A stretch of DNA of 64,000 nt from a virus: the UHGV virus genome UHGV-0326994. One strand, written 5' to 3'. Below the pieces are notes generated by a model. The model was given only the letters and a program-made list of their open reading frames with translations, was not told the DNA's origin and did not search any database. Shown here piece by piece: positions 36,511 through 46,390 of the stretch. The position numbers and the translations under genes are program-made. Positions within the stretch are counted from its first letter, which is position 1, and every line of letters begins with the position of its first letter.

Positions 36511-37018
36511 TGTAAGTTGCCCTATAAACTGTCTCGAACTTCAACAGGAGAGATATTGCCAAATCTGTATAGTTGTTGTCAAGAACATCTGGCATATTAT
36601 TTTTGATATATTTCTCTTGTTCTTCATAGGTCATCTTAGGGGTGCTTAGAAGGTTATTTCCTTGCTTCTGGTTGTCAAGTTTAGTCTGGATAAACCAGTT
36701 TGCACAGTGATGCTCACCACCCTTTGTAACAGGTTTGTGGTGGCCTAATGTGAAGGATTGACTACCTGTGTATCTGCAAAGTTTATTGAGCACTGTAATG
36801 GTGTTCTTCACAACAAACAATTCATACAGATTATCTATAGTGTAGTGTGGGTAATAACGGAATAGTGCTCTTTCACGAGTACTTTCACGATTCCAGAGAA
36901 TCATGTGATTGGAGTTTGAGGGGTCGTATTGATGGGAGTCAATGAACTCTTGACGTTCCTCAAAGCTGAGTCTTAACACTGACATTGCAGCAGAACGTTT
37001 CAGGTTTGACAGATACAT
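36503..37018 (-). CDS. hypothetical protein, possible HNH-like nuclease
   Basis: Weak HNH-like stretch LGHHKPVTKGGEHHCANW; not conclusive. Confidence 0.4.
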   Translation of the reverse strand: MYLSNLKRSAAMSVLRLSFEERQEFIDSHQYDPSNSNHMILWNRESTRERALFRYYPHYTIDNLYELFVVKNTITVLNKLCRYTGSQSFTLGHHKPVTKGGEHHCANWFIQTKLDNQKQGNNLLSTPKMTYEEQEKYIKNNMPDVLDNNYTDLAISLLLKFETVYRATYNG

Positions 37019-37069
37019 TTTATCTCCAAAATAAAAAGGGAACCTTTACAGTCCCCTTATAGTATCTGT

Positions 37070-37390
37070 TTACTGAGCTACTTTCAAGATGCTTGTGAAT
37101 GAGATTTCACTCTCATCCATAAACTCTTTTGCTTCTCCAGTAACTTTTACAAAGTTATCTAGGCAGATAATCTTCTTATCTTTCTTGCTGTAGGTTAGCT
37201 TAACCTTTTCAATATCTTTCTTAGAGCTTTTCTCTTCATTGAAGAGTTTTACAGCTTCTTTGAATGGTAGATATGAACCATCATTGTCACTAATGAACCC
37301 TGTACCACAATAGTAGTAGTTATACTCTTTAGCCATAAATTGGCACAGTACGAAAATCTGTAATTTACGAGTGTTATAAACTTTGCTCAT
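37070..37390 (-). CDS. hypothetical protein (106 aa)
   Basis: ORF track. Confidence 0.45.
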   Translation of the reverse strand: MSKVYNTRKLQIFVLCQFMAKEYNYYYCGTGFISDNDGSYLPFKEAVKLFNEEKSSKKDIEKVKLTYSKKDKKIICLDNFVKVTGEAKEFMDESEISFTSILKVAQ

Positions 37391-37392
37391 GA

Positions 37393-37725
37393 TTATTTAG
37401 CCTTCTTGTTACGTTTACGGTTACGAGCTTTTTTAGCTGCACGTTTAATTGCTGCTGCACCAGTTGGTCGATGTGCTTGTTTCTTACCACCTTTACCACG
37501 ACCTACGTAGATGCTTTTCATAATCTCATTAGCCAGATTCTCATCCATCTTGAAGTTTTGCATAAGATGGGTCACATCAACACCAGTGAGCATACCTAAT
37601 GATGCCAATGCTGCTTTTACTTTTGATTTAAAACTGTTCCAGATTCCCATTTCACTATCTCTCAAACTTTTATACAGAAGTTGATTAACTCTTCTGGAGT
37701 AATACCGACTCTCCACATTCCACAA
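37393..37725 (-). CDS. hypothetical protein with highly basic C-terminus
   Basis: ORF track; C-terminal KRAAKKARNRKRNKKAK tail; start uncertain. Confidence 0.4.
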   Translation of the reverse strand: MWNVESRYYSRRVNQLLYKSLRDSEMGIWNSFKSKVKAALASLGMLTGVDVTHLMQNFKMDENLANEIMKSIYVGRGKGGKKQAHRPTGAAAIKRAAKKARNRKRNKKAK

Positions 37726-37893
37726 AAGAGGTTTGTTTTGTAGTACTCTCCAAACTTTTCATCTAAGACTAGAAATACACCTGCTCCAACTATACAAGCA
37801 AGAGATTCTAAACCATCCTTCCCGTGGTTATCAGATGTAAACTTAGTCCACTCATCTAATAACTCACTGTTGTATGTGTATAGCCCTGCTATA

Positions 37894-38379
37894 CTACTCT
37901 GCTCGCCATTGACAGTCGCCTTGCCACCCATACTCTTTTCTCCAGAGGTTTTGGTTATCAGAACCACGATATGGTTTAACTGTTGGTTTAGAAGAATCAT
38001 ACTTACCATCAATCACCACGTCAACATATTTCATCACATCTAAGTGGATTTTTTCGTGCAGTTGAAAACCAGTCCAAAGCCATATAGACTTTTCTGGATA
38101 AACAGTTTTAATACGCTTACATATGTTGGTGACTTCTTGAATGTTTCTGTCATCAAGAGGCTCTCCACCAAGTATTGACAACCCACTGATGGCCTCATCA
38201 TCCATTAATTTAATGATGCCGTAAAGGTTTGCATAAGTAAACACTTTACCAGCATTAAACTTCCAAGACTCCCTGTTAAAGCAGCCTTCACAGTGATGTT
38301 TGCAGCCAGCTACGAAGAGGCTCACACGAACCCCTTCACCATTAGCTGTGTCAAATGGTCGAATCTCCATGTAATTCAT
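37894..38379 (-). CDS. nrdG: anaerobic ribonucleotide reductase activating protein (radical SAM)
   Basis: Radical-SAM cluster motif CKHHCEGC near N-terminus, size 161 aa, near nrdD. Confidence 0.75.
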   Translation of the reverse strand: MNYMEIRPFDTANGEGVRVSLFVAGCKHHCEGCFNRESWKFNAGKVFTYANLYGIIKLMDDEAISGLSILGGEPLDDRNIQEVTNICKRIKTVYPEKSIWLWTGFQLHEKIHLDVMKYVDVVIDGKYDSSKPTVKPYRGSDNQNLWRKEYGWQGDCQWRAE

Positions 38380-38388
38380 CTAGTTACC

Positions 38389-38688
38389 TCACCAATACAT
38401 ATAAGTGCTCTGAGCAGCTTTCTTTGGAGACTTGCTGTCAATGTCAAAATCTTCATCTAAGAAGGATGTCTTAGAAAGCTGACTGATTTGTGTTCTTGTA
38501 AGACGTTTAGTAGCCTTCTTAATCTCTCTACAAGGCTGACTTGTAAAGTCATAAGAGCCACCTTTTCTGGACATCATATCAGAATGGAAGTAGACATCTG
38601 AAGCATTTTCTCTGTTACGTACTTCATTCCTCCACTCATAGAGTCCGTTAACGTTCTTTAAACCTTTTCTTCGAATTGTTTTACTCAT
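38389..38688 (-). CDS. hypothetical protein (99 aa)
   Basis: ORF track. Confidence 0.45.
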   Translation of the reverse strand: MSKTIRRKGLKNVNGLYEWRNEVRNRENASDVYFHSDMMSRKGGSYDFTSQPCREIKKATKRLTRTQISQLSKTSFLDEDFDIDSKSPKKAAQSTYMYW

Positions 38689-39080
38689 TCAAATACCACC
38701 TGACAAGGAACTTGTTTAGTAATAAATTCTTCACAGTGTTCTTTAATGAAGTTTTGTAATGGCACACAGTCTTGTGCACACGTCATTAGCATAATGTACT
38801 CTGGATTCATAATATTTTCAATGGTGTAGAAGACAACATTGTCAAATAATTCATGACCGTCTTCTTCAGACCAAGTTCCAGTGACTATAGCTAATTTGTC
38901 AAGCAATTCATTAGGCAAAGCTACACCATCTTCTGCGGAATCACTTAGAACGTTGTCACCCATGTACAATGTGAAGACCGTATGGAATGTTGAGTATCTT
39001 ACGTGATTCTTTTCGCAAGAGCCACACTCTGAGGCGTAATCTTTAATCCACTCTAACTGTTTTTTGTTCAACTTAATCAT
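38685..39080 (-). CDS. hypothetical protein (131 aa)
   Basis: ORF track. Confidence 0.45.
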   Translation of the reverse strand: MIKLNKKQLEWIKDYASECGSCEKNHVRYSTFHTVFTLYMGDNVLSDSAEDGVALPNELLDKLAIVTGTWSEEDGHELFDNVVFYTIENIMNPEYIMLMTCAQDCVPLQNFIKEHCEEFITKQVPCQVVFE

Positions 39081-39277
39081 AATTTCACCTTAGTTGGTAA
39101 TGCACTGAATGCTATAGCTAACCCTAAAAATGGTTTGAAGCATGACCATAAATCCATCTGACCATGATATGCGAAACTCCATTGTGGGTCTGAAAAACCC
39201 CATACCATAACACTAACTCCAAAAAAGAAGATTAGAATGTGAAGTATGTATATCAATGTTTTTGATATTTTAAACAT
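39077..39277 (-). CDS. hypothetical small membrane protein (66 aa)
   Basis: Two hydrophobic stretches (LIYILHILIFFFGVSVMVWGF; LGLAIAFSAL). Confidence 0.4.
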   Translation of the reverse strand: MFKISKTLIYILHILIFFFGVSVMVWGFSDPQWSFAYHGQMDLWSCFKPFLGLAIAFSALPTKVKL

Positions 39278-39431
39278 TTTAACTTATCTCTCAACTCACA
39301 ATAAGAGAGTCCTAAAAAGAACCCCAGCAAGACAGAACCTATGAACAGGCCAATGATGCTCTCTGCCATATCTAACATCCAATAAAAAAGGTGATGTAAG
39401 CCTATCAAGACTCACACCACCTTGTCAAGTT

Positions 39432-41576
39432 TTACATAGAAACCCTGTCACGAATCTCAGCAATTTTTGCATCATTCATTCGGGATTCACCTTTAATCTT
39501 AGTCCACCCAAGATAACCGCACACCCTGTTAATCACAGAGATATCGTGTGAATGGCAAACCTCACATTCTTCAACGTCAGCCTTTGGTCTGTTACCACAA
39601 TGCTCACAGATTGCTAAGTCAAAGTTAAGTCCCTGATAAAAACCTTTCAACATCCCTCTTGTAATACAACTTTTAAGTGCTATTAAGTTTTCTGGGTTAG
39701 CTACCCTGACATACTGGATTCTCCCACCTCTACAGATATGGAAGAATGGCTCTTCTAAGTCCTGCTTCTCAAATGGTGAGATGTCTGCTGCGACATTCAT
39801 ATGGAAACTGTTTGTAAAGTATTCCTTATCAGAAACACCTTTGATAACACCAAACATATCCCTGAACTGTTTTAGCTGAGTTCCACAAAGTGATTCTGCT
39901 GGAGTGCCATATACGGCATATAAGAAGCCATCTTCATCTTTAAACTCTTCAGTTTTCATGTTGATGTATGCCAGAACATCATATGCAAAACTGTAGCTTC
40001 CAACTTCATGAAGTCGTTTACCTTCAGCAAGAACAGACAACTCATCAAGCGCAGTAACCCCAAAAGAAGCTGTGAAAGATTTCACGATATCCCATCCAAC
40101 CTTGTCAGTAGATTTCTTAGTCCCTTTGTACAGACCACCTTGTGTGAATGCAAGAGGGTTAGAACTTGCTGGCATATTAGCAATCATTTCGTAGCGTTTC
40201 TTGTGGAAGCTACGAATCATCTCTAGGTACTTATCAAGCTCTTTCCAGAAATCTAAACCATTCTCTTTAGAGTACTGGTAAATCATTGGCAAGTTCAAAG
40301 ATACAGCACCAATGTTAGCGCGACCAACGTAAAACTCTTCCCCATCCTCATTAAGATATGGTGATAAGAAGGCTCTGCAACCCATCGGTGAAATTACCTT
40401 ACCAGAACGCTCAAAAGCCTCTGCTACAGCACCATGACCAGACACACTTAAGAAATCTGGATACATTGCTTTAGAGCAACACTCAATAGCTTTACTGTAC
40501 AGGTGACCTTGACAGATATTTTCATCATGTCTCTTCTGGTCGTAGATATAAACAAGTTTAGGGAATACAACAGGTTTTTTGCTCTTACCTTGTCCATTCA
40601 TACGAACATCTAGGAGAGTACTTGCAATCATGTATTGTAGTCGGTTGTCTTCATTAGACATATCTGAGTCAAGTAAACCAAATGTTAAAGTTGTGAATGC
40701 GAAATCACCACGGCTGCAAGGTACAGTGTTCAGTTTCATTTCAAGTGACTGAAAACCTTGAGTTAATTCAATCTGTAGCTGCTCCATGACATAGTTATGG
40801 TAATGTTCTTTAGGAATACCATAAGATGCTGCTTTCTCAGCATGGTAACGTAGAGACTTCTTAGCATACGGTACAAGTACCTTATCAATCTCTGCTAAAG
40901 TAAAACCACCAAATTGCTGTGCAGTTGCCGAAAGAACTACGTCACCAATAACCTGCAACGCTGACAGTACAGATTTAGGTTCACAGTACTCAATGCCGGA
41001 CATTTCAAAGCCACCTTTCAGGACTTTACCAATGTCAAACAGGCAACAGTTGATACCACCAAAAATCAGGTCTCTTAAATCGTGGATATAGATAAAGCCT
41101 TTTTCAATGGCTTCAAGTTCCTCTGGTGTTAGGTGATACTGCTTAAAGATTTCTTTAGTCAGGTAACCACGGATAATTGAACCTTTTGTAGAAATTAAAC
41201 TGCTGTCAAAGTTAGCATTTTCACGGTCACCTAAGAAGAGTGTATCTCTAGTCTTTTGGTAAAGCTCATCCCAATTTTGAGCAACCTCTTTACGGTAATT
41301 TCTATATGTTGAGTAAGACTCATAAATCTCGTGATTGACTTCTGCCAAAGCACCCTCAACAATACTGTGAATATCATTTACCGAGATTAGCAAATTATTC
41401 TGCTTAGTGGACTTTACCAGAATCCTCATAAATGCTGACTCAAGAGCTTGGGTAACATCTGGTGGAAGTTCTTTATACCCAACCCTGTTAGCTGACTTAG
41501 TTACTGCTGCTAAAACTTTTTTGATATCAGGTTCTTCAAGTGAGCCATTCTTTTTAATAATCTGTACTTTGTTCAT
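39432..41576 (-). CDS. nrdD: anaerobic ribonucleoside-triphosphate reductase (class III)
   Basis: C-terminal zinc-ribbon CEHCGN...CEVCHSHD and glycyl-radical motif RVCGYLG; 714 aa. Confidence 0.9.
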   Translation of the reverse strand: MNKVQIIKKNGSLEEPDIKKVLAAVTKSANRVGYKELPPDVTQALESAFMRILVKSTKQNNLLISVNDIHSIVEGALAEVNHEIYESYSTYRNYRKEVAQNWDELYQKTRDTLFLGDRENANFDSSLISTKGSIIRGYLTKEIFKQYHLTPEELEAIEKGFIYIHDLRDLIFGGINCCLFDIGKVLKGGFEMSGIEYCEPKSVLSALQVIGDVVLSATAQQFGGFTLAEIDKVLVPYAKKSLRYHAEKAASYGIPKEHYHNYVMEQLQIELTQGFQSLEMKLNTVPCSRGDFAFTTLTFGLLDSDMSNEDNRLQYMIASTLLDVRMNGQGKSKKPVVFPKLVYIYDQKRHDENICQGHLYSKAIECCSKAMYPDFLSVSGHGAVAEAFERSGKVISPMGCRAFLSPYLNEDGEEFYVGRANIGAVSLNLPMIYQYSKENGLDFWKELDKYLEMIRSFHKKRYEMIANMPASSNPLAFTQGGLYKGTKKSTDKVGWDIVKSFTASFGVTALDELSVLAEGKRLHEVGSYSFAYDVLAYINMKTEEFKDEDGFLYAVYGTPAESLCGTQLKQFRDMFGVIKGVSDKEYFTNSFHMNVAADISPFEKQDLEEPFFHICRGGRIQYVRVANPENLIALKSCITRGMLKGFYQGLNFDLAICEHCGNRPKADVEECEVCHSHDISVINRVCGYLGWTKIKGESRMNDAKIAEIRDRVSM

Positions 41577-41594
41577 TATTGCCCCTTTACATGC

Positions 41595-41617
41595 TAAAAA
41601 GGTCTCCGAAGAGACCC
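41595..41617 (-). terminator. intrinsic terminator
   Basis: Hairpin GGTCTCTTCGGAGACC with T-run on minus strand. Confidence 0.5.
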
Positions 41618-41624
41618 TTTCATT

Positions 41625-41831
41625 TTAAATCTTTTTAGAAAACTTTGAAACGAGTTTTCTTAGCTTTTCAGTGATGCCTAGCTGTATCTCTAATATTTCA
41701 AAGATAACCCATAGTAACATGGCTCCAAATAATGAACCTTGTTCAAAATCAGTAAATAGGTTAACAACAAGCATACCAATCACAATGGCTGGTGCATCAA
41801 CAACCAAGCCTTCCCAAATGCGTTTAAGCAT
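41625..41831 (-). CDS. hypothetical small membrane protein (68 aa)
   Basis: Hydrophobic core AIVIGMLVVNLF...LLWVIFEIL. Confidence 0.4.
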   Translation of the reverse strand: MLKRIWEGLVVDAPAIVIGMLVVNLFTDFEQGSLFGAMLLWVIFEILEIQLGITEKLRKLVSKFSKKI

Positions 41832-42066
41832 TATTCACCTCTGCCATAAAATTCTGTAGCGTTCCAACAGGTTTTAGGTTTTGTCCATCAGTTTTCATGA
41901 TGAATGGCATCTGGCGAACTGGCATCTGTGCAATATCCATCAGGTCTGATAGCTCATAGTCCTGTCCTAACATTCTCACAACATGGTCAATACCACGAGC
42001 TTTTGCAAAATTCTTTGCAGTCTCACACTGAGGGCATCCAGTTTTGGAGTAAATTATATAAGTCAT
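41824..42066 (-). CDS. glutaredoxin/NrdH-like redoxin
   Basis: CPQC active-site motif near N-terminus (SKTGCPQCETAK), 80 aa, between nrdB and nrdD. Confidence 0.7.
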   Translation of the reverse strand: MTYIIYSKTGCPQCETAKNFAKARGIDHVVRMLGQDYELSDLMDIAQMPVRQMPFIMKTDGQNLKPVGTLQNFMAEVNNA

Positions 42067-43139
42067 TAAGGAACCTCTAAAAATCCACTATTCAAATCAT
42101 CTACAACAGTATTCAATAGGTACGCACCGTTCTGTTGCTCCTGATTAGCATTCTGCTCTTTGTCAATTTCCATCTTCTTAATCATATACTTCAAAGGTGG
42201 TTCTTTAGGAGCTACAAAATCTCTGGTAATGCCAAACATATCATACAGCGGGGCAGCATTATAGTAAACCCACTCATGAAGAAGCTTTGTATTTAAACCA
42301 ACTACAGCACGTCCTTCGGAGAAGATATAATACGACCATTTTTCTTCACTTTCAACTACTTCATCTAGGATTACTTTAATCTCTGGAAGAATTTGTTGGA
42401 AAGCTTTTTGCCACTCATCATCTCTTAAAGTTTCTTTTAAAACTTCAATATCAATTTTAGTGTGAAGGATTTCATCAAGCATAATCTTCTGTACAGCTTG
42501 AGCAATACCCTGAAATTTATCCTGAGCATCAAGTGCAAAGGTACATGCAAAAGATGCCATGAAGGAAATACCTTCAAGTGCAGTTACTGCAAATAGACCT
42601 TTTAGAATCACTTTATGGAAGTGTAAAGGGTCTTTGTCAAGAAGTGAGTCACGAACATAACTCAGTCGGTAGTTTATGCCTTCATCCAGCAATTCTTCAA
42701 GAACACGATTCACAGTTTTTAATCGGTCTTGTACAGCAACGTTCTGGTTAATCTCATCTAAGATTGTTTCAGGATTTTTAATACATTGTCTTACAATCTC
42801 CGAGTAAGTAAGAGCATGTAGGTTTTCAATCTCAGACTGCTTCATAATTGCAGTTGCATAAATGTCATCAGAGATGAATGGTGCAAAGGCGAATGCCAAA
42901 CTCTTAGCAACTTGGGTATCTGCTTCCCACTGCCACTTAAGAATCTCAAGCATTACACCTGACATTGATGCTGGCACACTCTCAAAATCAAGACGTGATT
43001 GTTCAAAAGGGAACTCATCCTCTGACCAGTCTTGCGCTTTTTGTTGTTTATATAGCTCAAAGATTTTTGGGTAGTGTTTATTAAGTGAGTCAAATGTCTT
43101 TCTCTCACCACCTAAAAAGATTGGGTGTTGGTTAATCAT
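42066..43139 (-). CDS. nrdB: ribonucleotide reductase small subunit (class Ia beta)
   Basis: Size and position next to nrdA; start placed at MINQHPIF rather than the upstream in-frame ATG. Confidence 0.75.
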   Translation of the reverse strand: MINQHPIFLGGERKTFDSLNKHYPKIFELYKQQKAQDWSEDEFPFEQSRLDFESVPASMSGVMLEILKWQWEADTQVAKSLAFAFAPFISDDIYATAIMKQSEIENLHALTYSEIVRQCIKNPETILDEINQNVAVQDRLKTVNRVLEELLDEGINYRLSYVRDSLLDKDPLHFHKVILKGLFAVTALEGISFMASFACTFALDAQDKFQGIAQAVQKIMLDEILHTKIDIEVLKETLRDDEWQKAFQQILPEIKVILDEVVESEEKWSYYIFSEGRAVVGLNTKLLHEWVYYNAAPLYDMFGITRDFVAPKEPPLKYMIKKMEIDKEQNANQEQQNGAYLLNTVVDDLNSGFLEVP

Positions 43140-43393
43140 AGTGTGATTTCTCCTTTCTTTATCATTTCTAAGGCTTGTTTTCGGTCTAGGACTTCCCAAT
43201 TTTCTTTGTTAAACATGTCATAAGGTCTTGCATAGATTTTACCATCTGCTGCGGAGATGTAAGAGGCTCCAGTAACCCATAAGTCATTATTCTGCTTTAT
43301 CATGATGCCTGTGCTGCTTACATAGTACAATGCTTTGCGGGGTTTGTAGAGCAAGTATATCGGTCGCTCATGTTTTTCTATTAAGTCTTTCAT
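43136..43393 (-). CDS. hypothetical small protein between nrdA and nrdB
   Basis: ORF track trimmed to MKDLIEKHE to avoid overlap with nrdA stop. Confidence 0.35.
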   Translation of the reverse strand: MKDLIEKHERPIYLLYKPRKALYYVSSTGIMIKQNNDLWVTGASYISAADGKIYARPYDMFNKENWEVLDRKQALEMIKKGEITL

Positions 43394-43448
43394 AGTCTCT
43401 CCAAAGTTATTTTTAGAGGGTCTTTTACGACCCTCATAGTTATTAAAA

Positions 43449-45683
43449 CTAAACACCACAACCCTCGCAATAAGCATCTTGCAGTGCAGACTTACCTACA
43501 CCAATGCGACTGTTAAGGTAGTACATGGTTTTCATACCTACCGAGTTGGCATAAATCATGTACTTCAAAGCTTGAGCTAATGATACCTTCTTAGACTTTG
43601 CATAGTCAACATAGAAGTCTGAAGAGATAGCTTGACCAGTGAACTTTTGAACAATTGCATAACAATCAATCAGGTCAAATGTGTCGATACCCCAAGCAAT
43701 TTCATAGACATACTTCAACTCTTCATAATCTGGAACAATAAACAGTACGTTACCAGTTGCAGACTTTTTAGTTAAAATAAAGTCACGAATTGGGTACAAG
43801 CCATTAGTTGTATTAGTTGCCAGTGAAGAACTCTCATTAGGCATATAAGCCTCAAGTACAGAGTTTCGGATTCCACCATTTTCTTTGATACGTTGTGCTA
43901 AGTCATCCCAATCATATCTTAGTTTTGCATCATGCTTCTCATCAATCTTCTTGTTAGCTGTCTTTGGAGGAACCCAGCCTTCAGGGTACTTAGTGAACTT
44001 CATATACTCAGGTACACCACGTTCTTTAGCAAGTCTTAAAGAAGCTTCGTGTAAGTAGTAAGAGTGCATTTCAGCAAGCTCATGAAGTTTTGTCTTACCT
44101 GCTCTTGAAGAGTAGTTCACGTAGTTTTTCGCAAGGTAATGAGCCACATTTGTAAGGCCAATTCCAACAGAACGACGCTTCTGAACATGGTTACGCATCG
44201 ACGGATACGGATAATCCATAAGGTCAATAACGGAGTCAACCATTGCAAGAGCATAATAAGCAACGTCAGCGTATTCATCTTCTGAAATTCTCCCTGCAAC
44301 CAAACTAGCTAGGAAGCAAAGAGCTACCTCACCATCCTCTTTCACAGCATCATCTCTGTAGAGGTCTGTCTCTTTCTCAAACCCATACACTGGCAATACG
44401 ATTTCCATACAAAGGTTTGACATCTTCAAAGGCTCTTTGAATGGTGTATGTGTATTTGCATTATTCGTGAAGAATGGATACACACGACCTGTTGCATAAC
44501 GCTGTTGAATAAACAGTTTAGCAATTTCACGAGCCTTTACTCTTCTGTGCTTAACACCTGAATGAACTGCGTGACCGACAGCCATAGCAAACTCATCAGC
44601 AGATGCTGTGTAGAACATGTCATAGAGCTTTGGTGCATCCTTGTAAGAGAATAGCAACCAGTCTGTATCGTACTGGACACACTGCCAGAAGTAATCGTTT
44701 GTACCGAATGAGTAGTCCATCTCGTTAATACGCTTAGAAGGAACCGTTGTAGGGTGCTTCAAACGCAGTAAATCTTCAATCTGCGGGTCTAGAGCAGTGT
44801 AGAAGTTGTTAGCTGAACCACCACGACTCTTCTGTTTGTTTGCCTCTACAGATGAACGTACAAGCTTGTAATAAGGTAACTTACCCATATGCTCAATAGT
44901 ATTTTGACGGATACCATCACCAATAGTGCGAGTCTCCATCAGCATACCAATACCAGCTTGCTTTGTAGTCATATCATAAGCAACCTTTGCAGCAATACCA
45001 AGTGACTCAGCAGTATCATTTGCCTTAATCAAACAACATGACGCATAGCCTGATTTAGTGGCTCTTAAACCATTCAGATAAGGTGTAGGAGCGTTAATCT
45101 TCAGGTCAGATAGATAAGTGTACAGCTTGATAACATCTTGCAGTCTACGGTGCTTTGGTTGCTTCTCAAAAGCTTTCATAGCCATACCCATAAACATAAA
45201 CTGTGGTGACTCAAAAAGTCTTCCCGTTTTAATGTCACGGATTCCATACTTGTCTCTGAACTGTTTCAAAACTGCATAACCGTAAGAGATATCTTTTGAG
45301 TGCACGATGTAACCTTGCAGGTATTCAAGCTCTTCCTGAGAATAGTCCATCTTCTCCCAAAGTCCTGCTCTCTCCATATTTTTAACGAAGGTAACCAGCG
45401 TAGGAACCTTAGTAAAGCCTCCAAAGGCTTCTTTGTAGATAATCCCTAGAAGTAGCCGTCCAGCCATGTCTGAGTACTCTTGAGTTTGTTTATCAACACA
45501 AACATCAATCATGGCTTGGTGCATCTCTTTTGTAGTGCAACCTTCATAGACACGTTTCATGGCTTCCATAGTGACTTCTGACCAGATAATTCCACGCTTA
45601 TCTGCCCATGATGCCCACTTGTTCAGTCTTTCTGGGTCAAAACTTACTACTGTACCGTTTGATTTTTTAATTGTCTTAATCAT
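43449..45683 (-). CDS. nrdA: ribonucleotide reductase large subunit (class Ia alpha)
   Basis: 744 aa, N-terminal ATP-cone-like region and C-terminal CEGCGV tail. Confidence 0.85.
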   Translation of the reverse strand: MIKTIKKSNGTVVSFDPERLNKWASWADKRGIIWSEVTMEAMKRVYEGCTTKEMHQAMIDVCVDKQTQEYSDMAGRLLLGIIYKEAFGGFTKVPTLVTFVKNMERAGLWEKMDYSQEELEYLQGYIVHSKDISYGYAVLKQFRDKYGIRDIKTGRLFESPQFMFMGMAMKAFEKQPKHRRLQDVIKLYTYLSDLKINAPTPYLNGLRATKSGYASCCLIKANDTAESLGIAAKVAYDMTTKQAGIGMLMETRTIGDGIRQNTIEHMGKLPYYKLVRSSVEANKQKSRGGSANNFYTALDPQIEDLLRLKHPTTVPSKRINEMDYSFGTNDYFWQCVQYDTDWLLFSYKDAPKLYDMFYTASADEFAMAVGHAVHSGVKHRRVKAREIAKLFIQQRYATGRVYPFFTNNANTHTPFKEPLKMSNLCMEIVLPVYGFEKETDLYRDDAVKEDGEVALCFLASLVAGRISEDEYADVAYYALAMVDSVIDLMDYPYPSMRNHVQKRRSVGIGLTNVAHYLAKNYVNYSSRAGKTKLHELAEMHSYYLHEASLRLAKERGVPEYMKFTKYPEGWVPPKTANKKIDEKHDAKLRYDWDDLAQRIKENGGIRNSVLEAYMPNESSSLATNTTNGLYPIRDFILTKKSATGNVLFIVPDYEELKYVYEIAWGIDTFDLIDCYAIVQKFTGQAISSDFYVDYAKSKKVSLAQALKYMIYANSVGMKTMYYLNSRIGVGKSALQDAYCEGCGV

Positions 45684-45729
45684 TTTTGAATCCTACAGAT
45701 GAAAAGAGCCTCCGAAGAGGCTCCCTAGT

Positions 45730-46065
45730 TTAAATCTTGAAAATTTGCTCATTCTGCCACATATCGTAAAACTTATCACTTACCTTTGTGACTGAAGAGG
45801 TGTGCATACAGTTCAGGAACCATGATGGCGCACTAGCATCCATAATTGTTTCAAGTTTTTGTGTAACGTTCACATCCATGTCTGCAACAACGTAATTACC
45901 TCTCATCTTGCAAACAATTCTTCCAAACAAGATTGCACTTCTACCTCTTCGGTCATCACAGTACATAACTGTGTCGCCGTGCTTAACATCTTGTCCGATG
46001 CTATCAACACCTAATTTAGCACCTGAGATAATGTCATCATAAGATAGCTTTTTTGCTTTAGACAC
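45730..46065 (-). CDS. hypothetical protein (111 aa)
   Basis: ORF track. Confidence 0.45.
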   Translation of the reverse strand: MSKAKKLSYDDIISGAKLGVDSIGQDVKHGDTVMYCDDRRGRSAILFGRIVCKMRGNYVVADMDVNVTQKLETIMDASAPSWFLNCMHTSSVTKVSDKFYDMWQNEQIFKI

Positions 46066-46390
46066 GGTATTTCTCCAAGTTTCTTTTTAGATATAACCAA
46101 CCATAGTCAGTTCTTTCTACACCCATGAAGAGTGGAGCCATCACAACTTTACCAAAAGTATTCCTGTGTTGACAGATTTCAAAAGAATACTCTTTATCAA
46201 TATCAATCCCGTATTTGTACAGGACTGCTTTTAAAACTTGTTCATTGTCCAGAAGTGTATCTGGAGTCTCACCATACTTCTCAAGTAACGGGTCATTCAT
46301 AAACACCGTCATAGAGATATTGTAGTTTGAGAAGTGGCTCTTCTGAGCCACACCTTCTTTATTAATGTTCTGTGAATCCATTATAACCAA
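46058..46390 (-). CDS. hypothetical protein (110 aa)
   Basis: ORF track. Confidence 0.45.
   Translation of the reverse strand: MVIMDSQNINKEGVAQKSHFSNYNISMTVFMNDPLLEKYGETPDTLLDNEQVLKAVLYKYGIDIDKEYSFEICQHRNTFGKVVMAPLFMGVERTDYGWLYLKRNLEKYRV

Noticed and set aside
37662-38012. ORF 37662-38012 (-) overlapping the 3' end of nrdG
   Set aside because: Even the shortest in-frame start overlaps nrdG by over 30 nt; probably the real gene is the downstream part already covered by 37393-37725, or it is spurious
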